Of a DNA stretch of 64,000 nucleotides, positions 10,267 through 19,650 are shown one piece after another. Each line of letters starts with the position of its first letter. The first letter of the stretch is position 1. The stretch covers positions 4,928,001 to 4,992,000 of the forward strand of contig OZ244170.1 in assembly GCA_965216565.1 (NCBI GenBank). Reading direction: 5' to 3'. Below the pieces are notes generated by a model. It saw only the letters and a list, made by a program, of their open reading frames with translations. It was not told the DNA's origin and searched no databases. The position numbers were made by a program, and so were the translations under genes. The stretch comes from Bythopirellula sp. Its GTDB lineage: Bacteria; Planctomycetota; Planctomycetia; Pirellulales; Lacipirellulaceae.

Positions 10267-11280
10267 ATGCACGCACTAGTTACTGGCGGCGGCGGCTTTC
10301 TCGGTCGCTATATTGTCGAACAGCTCATCGCCCGCGGCGATCGCGTGCGCAGCTTTGGCCGTGGGGCTTATCCGGAACTCGAAGCTTTGGGCGTGGAGGT
10401 GGTGCGGGGTGACATTTGCGATCTGCCAGCAATCAACTCGGCATGCAAGGGTATCGATTGCGTGTTCCACACGGCAGCGCTACCTGGAGTCGCTATGCGC
10501 CCCAAGCCGTATTACGAGGTCAATCTCCAGGGAACACAAGAAGTGCTCACTGCTTGCGAAAAGCAAAACGTGCCGCGACTTGTTTACACGAGTAGCCCGA
10601 GCGTCACGTTTGCCGGCAAACCGCAGGAGGGTGTCGACGAGTCAGTCCCGCTGGGGTTCGACTGGCTCGCTTCGCATCGCAGTTTCTACTCGCATAGCAA
10701 GGCTCAAGCCGAGCAGCTTGTGCTGGAAAGAAATAGCGGGGAGCTCAAAACCTGTGCTTTGCGTCCGCATCTCATTTGGGGTCCGCGGGATCAACATCTC
10801 ATTCCGCGACTGATTGCCCGCGCCAAGAGCGGACGTTTGCGGCGGGTGGGTGACGGGACCAATTTAGTTGACATGATTTTTGTGGAGAACGCGGCCACTG
10901 CTCATCTGCAGGCTGCCGATGCGCTGGCCGAGGAAGATTCGCCGGTGGCGGGCAAGGCTTACTTTCTCAGCCAGGGCGAGCCGGTGAATTGCTGGGAATG
11001 GATCGACGAAATCCTGGCACTGGCCAACTTGCCGTCGGTGGGCAAATCGATTTCCTATCCCGCAGCTTGGAGAGTTGGGGCGGTGCTGGAAAAAGTCTAC
11101 GCTGGGCTCCGCCTCTCCAGCGAACCGCCGATGACCCGCTTTCTCGCCGCCCAACTTGCCACCTCGCACTGGTTCGATATCACTGCCGCAAAACAGGATT
11201 TTGGCTATGAACCGCAAATTTCCAATGCCGAAGGCATGCAGCGGCTAGGTCAATGGCTTTCGAATCAGGAAGGCAATTAG
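10267..11280 (+). CDS. oleD: 2-alkyl-3-oxoalkanoate reductase (3-beta-HSD-like SDR)
   Basis: VTGGGGFLG, YTSSPSV, YSHSK, ALRPHLIWGPRD, EPPMTRFLA; follows oleC. Confidence 0.85.
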   Translation: MHALVTGGGGFLGRYIVEQLIARGDRVRSFGRGAYPELEALGVEVVRGDICDLPAINSACKGIDCVFHTAALPGVAMRPKPYYEVNLQGTQEVLTACEKQNVPRLVYTSSPSVTFAGKPQEGVDESVPLGFDWLASHRSFYSHSKAQAEQLVLERNSGELKTCALRPHLIWGPRDQHLIPRLIARAKSGRLRRVGDGTNLVDMIFVENAATAHLQAADALAEEDSPVAGKAYFLSQGEPVNCWEWIDEILALANLPSVGKSISYPAAWRVGAVLEKVYAGLRLSSEPPMTRFLAAQLATSHWFDITAAKQDFGYEPQISNAEGMQRLGQWLSNQEGN

Positions 11281-11401
11281 CCCTTACCCAATTGCCGGGG
11301 TCCTAGCCGGTGGCTCGATAGCAAATTACAATGTGCGGTTCGGCACGCCGGGATCATCTCGGTAGTGCATTCAGAGAAATCGATCCTGCGAGAGGTCCAA
11401 C

Positions 11402-13168
11402 GTGCTGCGTACTCATACTTGTGGTGAACTTACCGAAGACCATGTGAGCCAAACCGTCACACTATGCGGTTGGGTCGATAGCTATCGAGATCATGGCGGC
11501 GGGCTGTTTGTCGACCTCCGCGATCGTTACGGCATCACCCAAGTGGTGTTTAATCCTCCCGATACCTCGGAGGAAATCATCGAAGCCAGCAAGGCACTCC
11601 GCTCTGAGTACGTCATCAAGGTCACGGGCAATGTTGCCGAGCGTCCCGAGGGAATGCGGAATAAGAAGCTCGCCACCGGTGGCATAGAGCTTCGTACAAC
11701 CGAATTAGAGCTATTGAATCAAAGCCTCGTGCCGCCAGTCTCCCCTAGCGGTCAAGATTTGCCGAACGAGGATTTGCGGCTGAAGCATCGGTATCTCGAT
11801 TTGCGACGTCCCTCGATTCAGAAAATTGTAGTGCTTCGTGATCGCATGATCAAAATCATGCGCGACTACTGTGCGGACGAAGGTTTTATCGATGTGGAAA
11901 CGCCGATCCTAGGACGGAGCACCCCGGAAGGTGCTCGCGATTACCTGGTGCCCAGCCGCGTGCATCCTGGCAGCTTCTACGCGCTGCCCCAATCGCCGCA
12001 ATTGTATAAGCAGATTTTGATGATTGCCGGCTACGATCGCTATGTGCAGGTCGCCCGTTGTTTTCGCGACGAAGATTTGCGTGCCGATCGTCAGCCGGAA
12101 TTCACACAGCTCGATATGGAAATGTCCTTCGTTGATGAAGAAGACGTGATGGGCATGATTGACGGCCTCGTTGTGCGGCTGGCCAAAGAAATTTTGGACA
12201 TCGACGTTCCTACACCTTTGCCGCGGATGAAGTATGCCGAGGCCATGGAACGGTTCGGACACGACGCCCCCGATTTGCGATTTGGTCTGGAGATCGTCGA
12301 CTGCACCGACCTGGCCGCCGAGAGCGACTTTGGAGTGTTTAAAAACGTGGCCGACAGCGGCGGCAAGGTACGGGCGATCAACGCCAAAGGTGGTACCAAG
12401 AAATATAGCCGACGTGGCATCGATGCGTTGACGGAGTTTGTCAAAGAGTACGGTGCCAAGGGCTTGGCTTGGTTCAAGGTTGAAACCGACGGATCGCTGG
12501 GTGGCACGATTACCAAGTTCTTCACGCCCGAGCTATTGGAACAGTTTGCCAAGCGAGTGGATGCTGAGCCGGACGATTTGATTCTGTTTTCCGCCGATAA
12601 GTTCGGCGAGACCTGTCGTGTGTTGCATGCGTTGAGAACGAAAATCGGCCGCGAGATGGAGCTTTACGATCCCGAAGCGATGAATTTCTCTTGGGTCGTA
12701 GAGTTTCCGATGTTTGAATACGACGACGACGAGAAGCGTTGGCAGGCGATGCACCATCCGTTCACCGCGCCCCTCGATAGCGACCTGGCCAATCTCGAAG
12801 CGGAGCCCGAGAAGTGTTGCGCGAAAGCATACGATTTGGTGATTAACGGCAGCGAGGCCGGCGGCGGCACGATCCGAATTCACGATGCCGAAGTGCAGCA
12901 AAAGGTGTTCGGACTGTTGGGCATCGACGAAGAGACAGCCCAAGAACGATTTGGCTTTCTGTTGGAAGCCCTACAATACGGTGCACCGCCGCACGGCGGG
13001 ATTGCCCTCGGCATCGATCGGATGGTCATGCTGTTCGGCCGGTTGGAGAGCATTCGCGATTGCATCGCCTTCCCAAAAACACAGCGTGCCGCTGACATGA
13101 TGACCGAAGCCCCGGGGGAAGTTGATTCGAAGCAATTACGCGAATTGTCGATCAAGATTGACGAATAA
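11402..13168 (+). CDS. aspS: aspartate--tRNA ligase (probably non-discriminating)
   Basis: RTHTCGEL, TPEGARDY, LPQSPQLYKQ, FRDEDLRADRQPEFTQLD, PPHGGIALGIDR. Confidence 0.97.
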   Translation: MLRTHTCGELTEDHVSQTVTLCGWVDSYRDHGGGLFVDLRDRYGITQVVFNPPDTSEEIIEASKALRSEYVIKVTGNVAERPEGMRNKKLATGGIELRTTELELLNQSLVPPVSPSGQDLPNEDLRLKHRYLDLRRPSIQKIVVLRDRMIKIMRDYCADEGFIDVETPILGRSTPEGARDYLVPSRVHPGSFYALPQSPQLYKQILMIAGYDRYVQVARCFRDEDLRADRQPEFTQLDMEMSFVDEEDVMGMIDGLVVRLAKEILDIDVPTPLPRMKYAEAMERFGHDAPDLRFGLEIVDCTDLAAESDFGVFKNVADSGGKVRAINAKGGTKKYSRRGIDALTEFVKEYGAKGLAWFKVETDGSLGGTITKFFTPELLEQFAKRVDAEPDDLILFSADKFGETCRVLHALRTKIGREMELYDPEAMNFSWVVEFPMFEYDDDEKRWQAMHHPFTAPLDSDLANLEAEPEKCCAKAYDLVINGSEAGGGTIRIHDAEVQQKVFGLLGIDEETAQERFGFLLEALQYGAPPHGGIALGIDRMVMLFGRLESIRDCIAFPKTQRAADMMTEAPGEVDSKQLRELSIKIDE

Positions 13169-13296
13169 GTCGGCAACTTGACGATTGATAGCACTTGAGC
13201 GACAATACCCGGCAAGAAATGAACAAAACAAAGGTCCCGTCCCTGCAAGGCTGGAACATACTTCTCCGGGGAGCTCGCCAAAGCGCGTATCAAGGA

Positions 13297-13950
13297 ATGG
13301 CACGCACGCGTCTTTCAATTCTATTGCTGCTCGCAACCACAGCGGGCTGTACCCATTTGATCGCTGTGACCGGTGATCCTCAGGTAATCTTACCCGAGAA
13401 AGCACCTGGTCAGGTGGAGCCAGAAAGCTTGGCTCCTGCTGATACCAACACGTCGGCGTTCCCGCGTGTGGTTCTCTCGACGGTGCATACAAATTGGTGC
13501 CGCAAGTTTGTTGGCGACGCGTTTCCCTCGCTTAATTTGCCTCGAATTGATTCCGGAGAGACCGCAGAAGTTTCATCGAAGTTCGGCAGTCGAGCGACAG
13601 TTGTCGTTTTCTGGACCAATGACCGCTGGATGTCGCAAATGGCACTGGAAGATTTGCAGCGTCTGGTTGCAGCAAAGCACGATGCCACCGAAGTGGCGAT
13701 CGTGGGCATTGCCGTGGACGTTCCCAAGAACGAAGCCCGGCAGATTGCAACGAAGACGCAAGCCGAGTTTCCTCACTTCCTCGACGCAAATGGCGAGGCT
13801 CTAGCCGAGGTAGGTAGCGTCGCGCTTCCCCGCCTCTATGTACTCGACCCCAATGGCCAGATTATGTGGTTTGATATTGAGTATAGCGAAAGCACACGCC
13901 GGGAACTGCTGAAGACGGTGGCCATGCTGGCGGGCACTCAGGCGAAGTGA
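13297..13950 (+). CDS. redoxin/TlpA-like lipoprotein lacking CxxC
   Basis: AAGGA RBS; lipobox TAGC; VVVFW...IVGIAVD...LPRLYVLDPNG thioredoxin-fold pattern. Confidence 0.7.
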   Translation: MARTRLSILLLLATTAGCTHLIAVTGDPQVILPEKAPGQVEPESLAPADTNTSAFPRVVLSTVHTNWCRKFVGDAFPSLNLPRIDSGETAEVSSKFGSRATVVVFWTNDRWMSQMALEDLQRLVAAKHDATEVAIVGIAVDVPKNEARQIATKTQAEFPHFLDANGEALAEVGSVALPRLYVLDPNGQIMWFDIEYSESTRRELLKTVAMLAGTQAK

Positions 13951-13972
13951 TACGGCGACGAAGTAAAATGGC

Positions 13973-14713
13973 ATGACTGAGTCTTCTCCTTCAGCCGACC
14001 TTGCCCATCTTTTAAAACGGGATGGATTTGCCATCCTCAGCGATGTTTTCACGCTGCCCGATGTGGAAAGTTTAAGGCAAGCTTTCCTGGAGATCCCAGC
14101 AGGTGAAGAGATCCGCAAGAAAAGAAACGTCTACGGAATTCGCAATCTGTTGGAAGTGTCGCCACAAATACGCTCCTTGGCTGTAAATCCCACGCTAAGA
14201 AGGATTGTCGAACCAGTTTTAGGCGATGGCTGCTTTGCTGTCCGGGCGATTTATTTTGACAAAGTTCCTGGTGCCAATTGGAATCTGCAATTTCATCAAG
14301 ACTGTACGATATCCGTTCAACGAAGAATCGATACCGTAGAATTCAAAGCCTGGTCTACCAAAGCAGGCGTCACACAAGTGCAGCCACCAGAATCGATCCT
14401 CTCGCAGATGCTGGCCATTCGCATCCATCTCGACGATTGCCTAGAGAACAACGGTCCACTCAGAGTTCTAGCTGGTTCGCACAACCGCAAATGGGATGCC
14501 GACGAAATTCGCGATTGCCGAACTCGCTTTCCAGAGCAAACGTGCGAGGTTCGACTCGGTGGGGTGCTCGTCATGCGGCCCTTGGTCTTACACGCTTCTT
14601 CTGCTTCTAAATCGCCCAGCCACCGACGTGTGATTCACATTGAGTATGCCAGTCAAGAACTTCCTAATGGCCTGGAGTGGAACAGAAAGCTGCGGCCAGT
14701 ATCTGAAAGTTAA
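13973..14713 (+). CDS. phytanoyl-CoA dioxygenase (PhyH) family Fe/2OG oxygenase
   Basis: YFDK...FHQD, IRIHLDD, NGPLRVLAGSH, LHAS, RRVIHIEY. Confidence 0.88.
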   Translation: MTESSPSADLAHLLKRDGFAILSDVFTLPDVESLRQAFLEIPAGEEIRKKRNVYGIRNLLEVSPQIRSLAVNPTLRRIVEPVLGDGCFAVRAIYFDKVPGANWNLQFHQDCTISVQRRIDTVEFKAWSTKAGVTQVQPPESILSQMLAIRIHLDDCLENNGPLRVLAGSHNRKWDADEIRDCRTRFPEQTCEVRLGGVLVMRPLVLHASSASKSPSHRRVIHIEYASQELPNGLEWNRKLRPVSES

Positions 14714-14746
14714 AGATACAGCCCAGAATTTTCTCTAGCGCTGAGG

Positions 14747-14787
14747 CCCCCTCCCCTAGCCCATCCCCCGAAAACGGTGGAGGGGGA
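14747..14787 (+). repeat. BoxC-like REP element
   Basis: cccccTcccctagcccatcccccgaaaacggtggaggggga lies between convergent genes; a related copy is at 21595-21632. Confidence 0.55.
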
Positions 14788-14888
14788 TTTTTTAGTGAGG
14801 CGCTTGGACTCGAAAGTCACGACGAGTCGCGAGAGTAGCCCGCTCAAGGCTTCTTCGTGCCTTTTCGCGTTCTTTGTGGCTACACGAT

Positions 14889-17567
14889 TTATCGAGGCTT
14901 GCTCGAAGATTCGATTTCAGTCTGCGCGCCAGTGAGCTGCTCTTGCCACTGCGAAACGAGTCGCTGGACTTCGAGGGGCGTGAGCGAATTGAGATCTGTA
15001 CCGCGAATCTCACTTAGCAGGGGGTGATCGATGGTCTCGAATAGGGTCATCTGCATGTGATGGCCATTGAGCGATTGGGAGCGGTTGGGTTTGCGTGTGC
15101 CTTCTTCCGGTTTGCTGCTTTGATCGTGCTGCTGCTCTAGCTGTTCTAAGATCTCCACCGCCCGTTCGTTGACCTCGCGAGGCACACCGGCGAGTTCGGC
15201 TACGTGAATTCCGTAGCTCTTGTCGGCTGCGCCCGGTACGATGCGATGCAGAAAAACCACTTTGCCTTCCCATTCCTTCACGGCCACATTCAGATTCGCC
15301 AGCCCCGGCAGAGTACCTGCCAGATCGGTCAGTTCGTGGTAATGCGTGGCAAACAGCGTCCGGCAGCGGGTCGTGTTGTGAAGGTGCTCGACGACAGCCC
15401 AAGCCAGCGATAAACCGTCGTAGGTACTCGTGCCACGACCAATTTCGTCGAGAATCACCAGGCTGCGATCAGTGGCTGTGTTGAGAATGCGGGCGGTCTC
15501 GGTCATTTCGACCATAAAGGTACTACGGCCCCGGGCCAGATCGTCGCTCGCGCCAACCCGGGCAAAAATCCGATCGGCGATGCCAATGGTTGCTTTGCTG
15601 GCGGGAACAAAACTGCCCATCTGCCCCATCAATGCAATCAGAGCCACCTGGCGAATATAGGTACTCTTGCCCGCCATATTTGGACCGGTAATTAGCAGCA
15701 GAGAGGAATTCCCTTCTGTTCTCTCGAGGTCGTTTTCCGCTTTCCGCTTTCCGCCTTCACAAAGCGTGTCATTAGGCACAAAGGTCCCCTCGTCCTCTGT
15801 GATATCTAGCACCGGGTGGCGCCCTTCAACAATCTCCAACACAGGTTGTTCGACGATCTCTGGACGCACATAATTGCGAGCCCTTGCCAGTTCGGCGAGG
15901 GACCCGAGCACGTCGATTTCCGCCAACGCATCGGCAGTTGATTGCAAACGGCCTGTCGCCTCGGCTACCAACTCACGAAGTTCGACGAACAGTTCGTATT
16001 CCAGATCTTGGCAACTCTCTTCAGCGGCAAGGACCTTCTCTTCGTGTTCCTTTAGCTCTGGCGTGATGTAGCGTTCGGCATTTTTGAGCGTCTGCTTGCG
16101 CACAAACTCCGCTGGAATCTTATCGCGATGGGCGTGTGTCACTTCTAAGTAGTAACCAAAGACTTTATTGAACCCAACCTTCATACTGGAAATGCCAGTC
16201 TTCTCGATCGCCTGAGCCTGATATTCGGCGATCCATTGTTTACCGCCTCGCATCAAGTCCCGCTGTTCATCGAGTTTCTTGTGAAAACCCGAACGGATGA
16301 AGCCACCGTCGCGAGTTGTCAGCGGACAATCGTCTTCGAGTGCCTGCTCGAGCTGGCCACGAACATCGGCACACAGATCGATTCGGCTTTCCAGCTGTGT
16401 GAGCCGTTCTGAGTCTCGACCGGTTAGCTTAGCCTTTACTTTGGGTAGAGTTCCCAGCGTGCGGCAAATAAAGCTCAAATCCCGCGGCGTGGCGCGGCCC
16501 GTGGTTACGCGGGCGAGTAGACGCTGGATGTCGTAGATTGATTTCAGCGTTTCGCGTAGCGCACTGGTCAGCGAAGGCTCGGCGTGCAACTCTGCCACGG
16601 CGTTTAGCCGGTTATGAATGCGTTTGACATCGGTAAGTGGATTGGCAAGCCATTCGCCCAGCAATCGCGCACCCATCGAAGTCACGGTGCGGTCGATCAC
16701 TCCCAGTAGCGAACCTTCGCGCCGATTGTCTCGCATCGATTGGGTGATTTCCAAGCTTCTTCGGGTCGCCTCGTCGATCTCGAGGCACTTGCCGCGCTGG
16801 TAAGGCAACAAACGATCGATGTGCGCGAGCGATGATTTTTGCGTCTCCTGCAGGTAATCCAATATCGCCCCAGCGGCCTGTAGCGCTGGTCCGTCCTGCT
16901 TGCTGTCCTCGCCGAACCCGAACCCTTCCAGGTTGTGTGTGGAGAATTGCTTCGTGAGCGCTTTAACTGCCGACTCGCGTCCGAATGCCCAAGCAGGACG
17001 CTCGGTAACGACAAGCCCCTCGGTCCACTGGGTTGACAACTTCTCCGCGTCGTCGCTAATTAGGATCTCAACCGGAGCGAGCCGAGCCAGTTCGTCGGGA
17101 AGCTTATCAGCCGGCACAACGGTGGCCGCGAACCGACCCGTCGACACATCGACCCACGCCAACCCGCAACGTTCGCCAGGGGTGATGGCCAGCAGAAAGT
17201 TGCTCGCTTGCGGGTCGAGCAGGGCGTCGTCTGTGATTGTTCCTCGACTAACGATGCGGGTGATGTCGCGTTTCACCAGCCCCTTCGCCTCGCGGGGATC
17301 TTCCACTTGGTCGCAAACAGCAGCCCGCATGCCGGCAGCAATGATCTTGGACAAGTAGCCATCAAGTTGATGGTGGGGAAATCCAGCCATCGGAATCGGG
17401 TTCTCACCTTTGTCCCGACTCGTGAGCGACAGTCCCAACAGACGCGCGGCCGTCTTGGCGTCCTCGAAAAACAGCTCGTAGAAGTCGCCCATGCGAAATA
17501 GCAATAGCGCATCACCAGCCGACTGTTTGGCTTCGTGATACTGCTTCATCATCGGAGTTGCCGACAT
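14889..17567 (-). CDS. mutS: DNA mismatch repair protein MutS
   Basis: TPMMKQY, FRMGDFYELF, ITGPNMAGKSTY, STFMVEM, ILDEIGRGTST, FATHYHEL, SYGIHVA. Confidence 0.98.
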   Translation of the reverse strand: MSATPMMKQYHEAKQSAGDALLLFRMGDFYELFFEDAKTAARLLGLSLTSRDKGENPIPMAGFPHHQLDGYLSKIIAAGMRAAVCDQVEDPREAKGLVKRDITRIVSRGTITDDALLDPQASNFLLAITPGERCGLAWVDVSTGRFAATVVPADKLPDELARLAPVEILISDDAEKLSTQWTEGLVVTERPAWAFGRESAVKALTKQFSTHNLEGFGFGEDSKQDGPALQAAGAILDYLQETQKSSLAHIDRLLPYQRGKCLEIDEATRRSLEITQSMRDNRREGSLLGVIDRTVTSMGARLLGEWLANPLTDVKRIHNRLNAVAELHAEPSLTSALRETLKSIYDIQRLLARVTTGRATPRDLSFICRTLGTLPKVKAKLTGRDSERLTQLESRIDLCADVRGQLEQALEDDCPLTTRDGGFIRSGFHKKLDEQRDLMRGGKQWIAEYQAQAIEKTGISSMKVGFNKVFGYYLEVTHAHRDKIPAEFVRKQTLKNAERYITPELKEHEEKVLAAEESCQDLEYELFVELRELVAEATGRLQSTADALAEIDVLGSLAELARARNYVRPEIVEQPVLEIVEGRHPVLDITEDEGTFVPNDTLCEGGKRKAENDLERTEGNSSLLLITGPNMAGKSTYIRQVALIALMGQMGSFVPASKATIGIADRIFARVGASDDLARGRSTFMVEMTETARILNTATDRSLVILDEIGRGTSTYDGLSLAWAVVEHLHNTTRCRTLFATHYHELTDLAGTLPGLANLNVAVKEWEGKVVFLHRIVPGAADKSYGIHVAELAGVPREVNERAVEILEQLEQQHDQSSKPEEGTRKPNRSQSLNGHHMQMTLFETIDHPLLSEIRGTDLNSLTPLEVQRLVSQWQEQLTGAQTEIESSSKPR
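15734..15754. repeat. perfect (TTTCCGC)3 heptamer repeat inside mutS
   Basis: Three exact copies (21 nt, frame-preserving) encoding part of EGGKRKAEN. Confidence 0.85.
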
Positions 17568-17875
17568 CGAGAGTTGCTCCGCATGGCTTGTTGACGCGGT
17601 CCATGCTACTCCATGCCTCGCAGCACCCTCAAGGGGCAGAAAATCAGCTCGGCTTCGAACTCCTGACTCTTCTCTCTATTCTCTAACAATGCAGCGCAGA
17701 GTTGAGAGTCGAAATTAGGGACTGGCTCGATGCTCGAACCCGGTTTGAGCCTTCATCGTACGTAGCGTCGTCGTGCCTGTCCCTTTTTTCGACGGACCAA
17801 CTGTAACTTCCGCTTAACAGGTCGGCTCCGAACTGCTGACTATTAGCTTTAGACTCTAGACTGACCACATTCGCA

Positions 17876-18868
17876 CTACTGCAGCAGTTCTTCGTCTTCG
17901 TCCTTGGCACTCAGGTTGAGTTCGCCAGAGTCTTCTAGCTGTCGGATGATATCGACAATCTCCTGCTGCTTGGCTTCTACGGCAGATACCTTGACGGCGC
18001 CGAGGAATTCCATCTCCTCTTTCAACATTTCGCCAGCACGCTTTGACATATTGTTGAAAATCTTCTCCCGTAGTTCGTTGCTGGCTCCCTTGAGTGCCAT
18101 CGACCACTGAGAGTTCTCCACGTTCTTGAGGACCGTTTGAATCTCTTTGTCGCCAAACTTGCCGATGTCTTCGAAGACGAACATCAACCGGCGGATCTCT
18201 TCGACCATGTCGGGGTCTTCTTGAGACAAATTTTCCAACAAGGTGCGCTCGGTAGCTCGATCAGAAACGTTGAGCATCTCGGCCACAGCGCCAACTCCGC
18301 CGGCGTTTTCAAAGCTTTGGCTCATGAGGCTCGACATCCGTTTCTCGAGTCCGGCTTCAATCACTTCGATAATTTCAGGGCTGGTTTGTCCCATCGAAGC
18401 GATCCGCTGCACTACCGAAAGCTGTTGCTCGGCCGGTAGTCCAGACAGAATCTCCGCACTGGCTGCCGGAGGTAAGTGCGACATAATGAGCGCAATCGTC
18501 TGGGGATGCTCGTCGATGACATAGGTCAGAATGTTCTGGCTATCGACCTGTCGCAGGAACGAGAATGGCACTGCCTCGATAGATTGACGAATATTATCCA
18601 GCGTTTCATTCGCATTCTTACCCAGCGCTTGTTGCACCAAAGCCTTTGCGCGATCCAAGCCTCCCGAGCCGGACGAGAGCCCCATGGGACTCGACTCGGC
18701 AAACTGCATGATCACGTGCTCTTCTTCCTGAGACGTGACCGCCTTGAGCCTGGCAATTTCGATGGAGACTTGTTCGACCATCTTCGGTTCGAGTCGCTCC
18801 ATGAGGGTCACGGCCTGTTCCTCGGGAAGCGAGGTCAGGAGCACAGCAGCCTTGTGAATGTCGGACAT
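17876..18868 (-). CDS. fliG: flagellar motor switch protein FliG
   Basis: KAAVLL, EHPQTIALI, GGVGAVAEMLN, MFVFEDI, ALKGA, NMSKRA. Confidence 0.95.
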   Translation of the reverse strand: MSDIHKAAVLLTSLPEEQAVTLMERLEPKMVEQVSIEIARLKAVTSQEEEHVIMQFAESSPMGLSSGSGGLDRAKALVQQALGKNANETLDNIRQSIEAVPFSFLRQVDSQNILTYVIDEHPQTIALIMSHLPPAASAEILSGLPAEQQLSVVQRIASMGQTSPEIIEVIEAGLEKRMSSLMSQSFENAGGVGAVAEMLNVSDRATERTLLENLSQEDPDMVEEIRRLMFVFEDIGKFGDKEIQTVLKNVENSQWSMALKGASNELREKIFNNMSKRAGEMLKEEMEFLGAVKVSAVEAKQQEIVDIIRQLEDSGELNLSAKDEDEELLQ

Positions 18869-18949
18869 GTTGTGGGACGCCTAAAACTCTTGGGGTTCAA
18901 ATAGCCATGCGCAGCAATCCACCAGTAGACCGGGAGTTGCCTACTTGGA

Positions 18950-18978
18950 AGATCGGCGTTTGACACTAGGAAACTTAA
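18950..18978 (-). promoter_or_regulatory. putative sigma28 (FliA/SigD) promoter of fliG
   Basis: Minus strand reads TTAAG-N16-GCCGATCT, resembling TAAA-N15/16-GCCGATAA, about 80 nt upstream of fliG. Confidence 0.45.
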
Positions 18979-19036
18979 AGAGACCTTGCCGGTCGCAAGA
19001 GATATGCCGCCTACGCGGGGGCGATGGTGCTAGCAG

Positions 19037-19543
19037 CTAGCTCGCGCTCGAACCATAGTCCCAGGTGGCTGCCTGGCCGTCGCACTCGTCGACGGTAAGG
19101 CTCAGACGAGTGGGCTGAAAGCCGTGGCGCTCTTCTAACTGAGTTAGCAACTCTGTGCCTAAGTATCGGGCCAAGAGCTCGGAAGTTGTGTTGGCCACTG
19201 GCAGAATGACGCAATCTTCAGAAGGAAATACCCAGCGTCGTTCGCCGTGGGTAACGACTAGCTCGTTCCGCTCTTGAGCCACCGCAATGGTTGGGTGCTC
19301 GCTGGGTAAGAGCATTTGATGATCGAGTCGATCGACTAACTCCTGCACAAGGTCTCGCAAGGCGACAAAGTCGAACACATACTCATTTCTGCCCAAGGGA
19401 CCATGCACACGAACAGACACGTGGTAGTTGTGTCCGTGGAGATGCTCGCATACGTCGTCCTGATAAGTAATGAAATGCGCGGCAGAAAACACCAGCCGTG
19501 GCAGTTCGAGTTGGACGGAAAATTCTTCAGGCATAGGTGGCAT
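19037..19543 (-). CDS. 6-pyruvoyl-tetrahydropterin synthase/QueD family protein (PTPS-I/III type motif)
   Basis: FSAAHFI, CEHLHGHNY, FDFVAL, LDHQML, NTTSELLA. Confidence 0.88.
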   Translation of the reverse strand: MPPMPEEFSVQLELPRLVFSAAHFITYQDDVCEHLHGHNYHVSVRVHGPLGRNEYVFDFVALRDLVQELVDRLDHQMLLPSEHPTIAVAQERNELVVTHGERRWVFPSEDCVILPVANTTSELLARYLGTELLTQLEERHGFQPTRLSLTVDECDGQAATWDYGSSAS

Positions 19544-19650
19544 GCATTCCTAGTACGGATTGTGGTGCAACTGCAAGTGTGAATATTCTACCACTGATCG
19601 CTGCAAAAGTCGCCGGTGCATGTTGCGATGAAGGCTGTACGTATGAGTTT

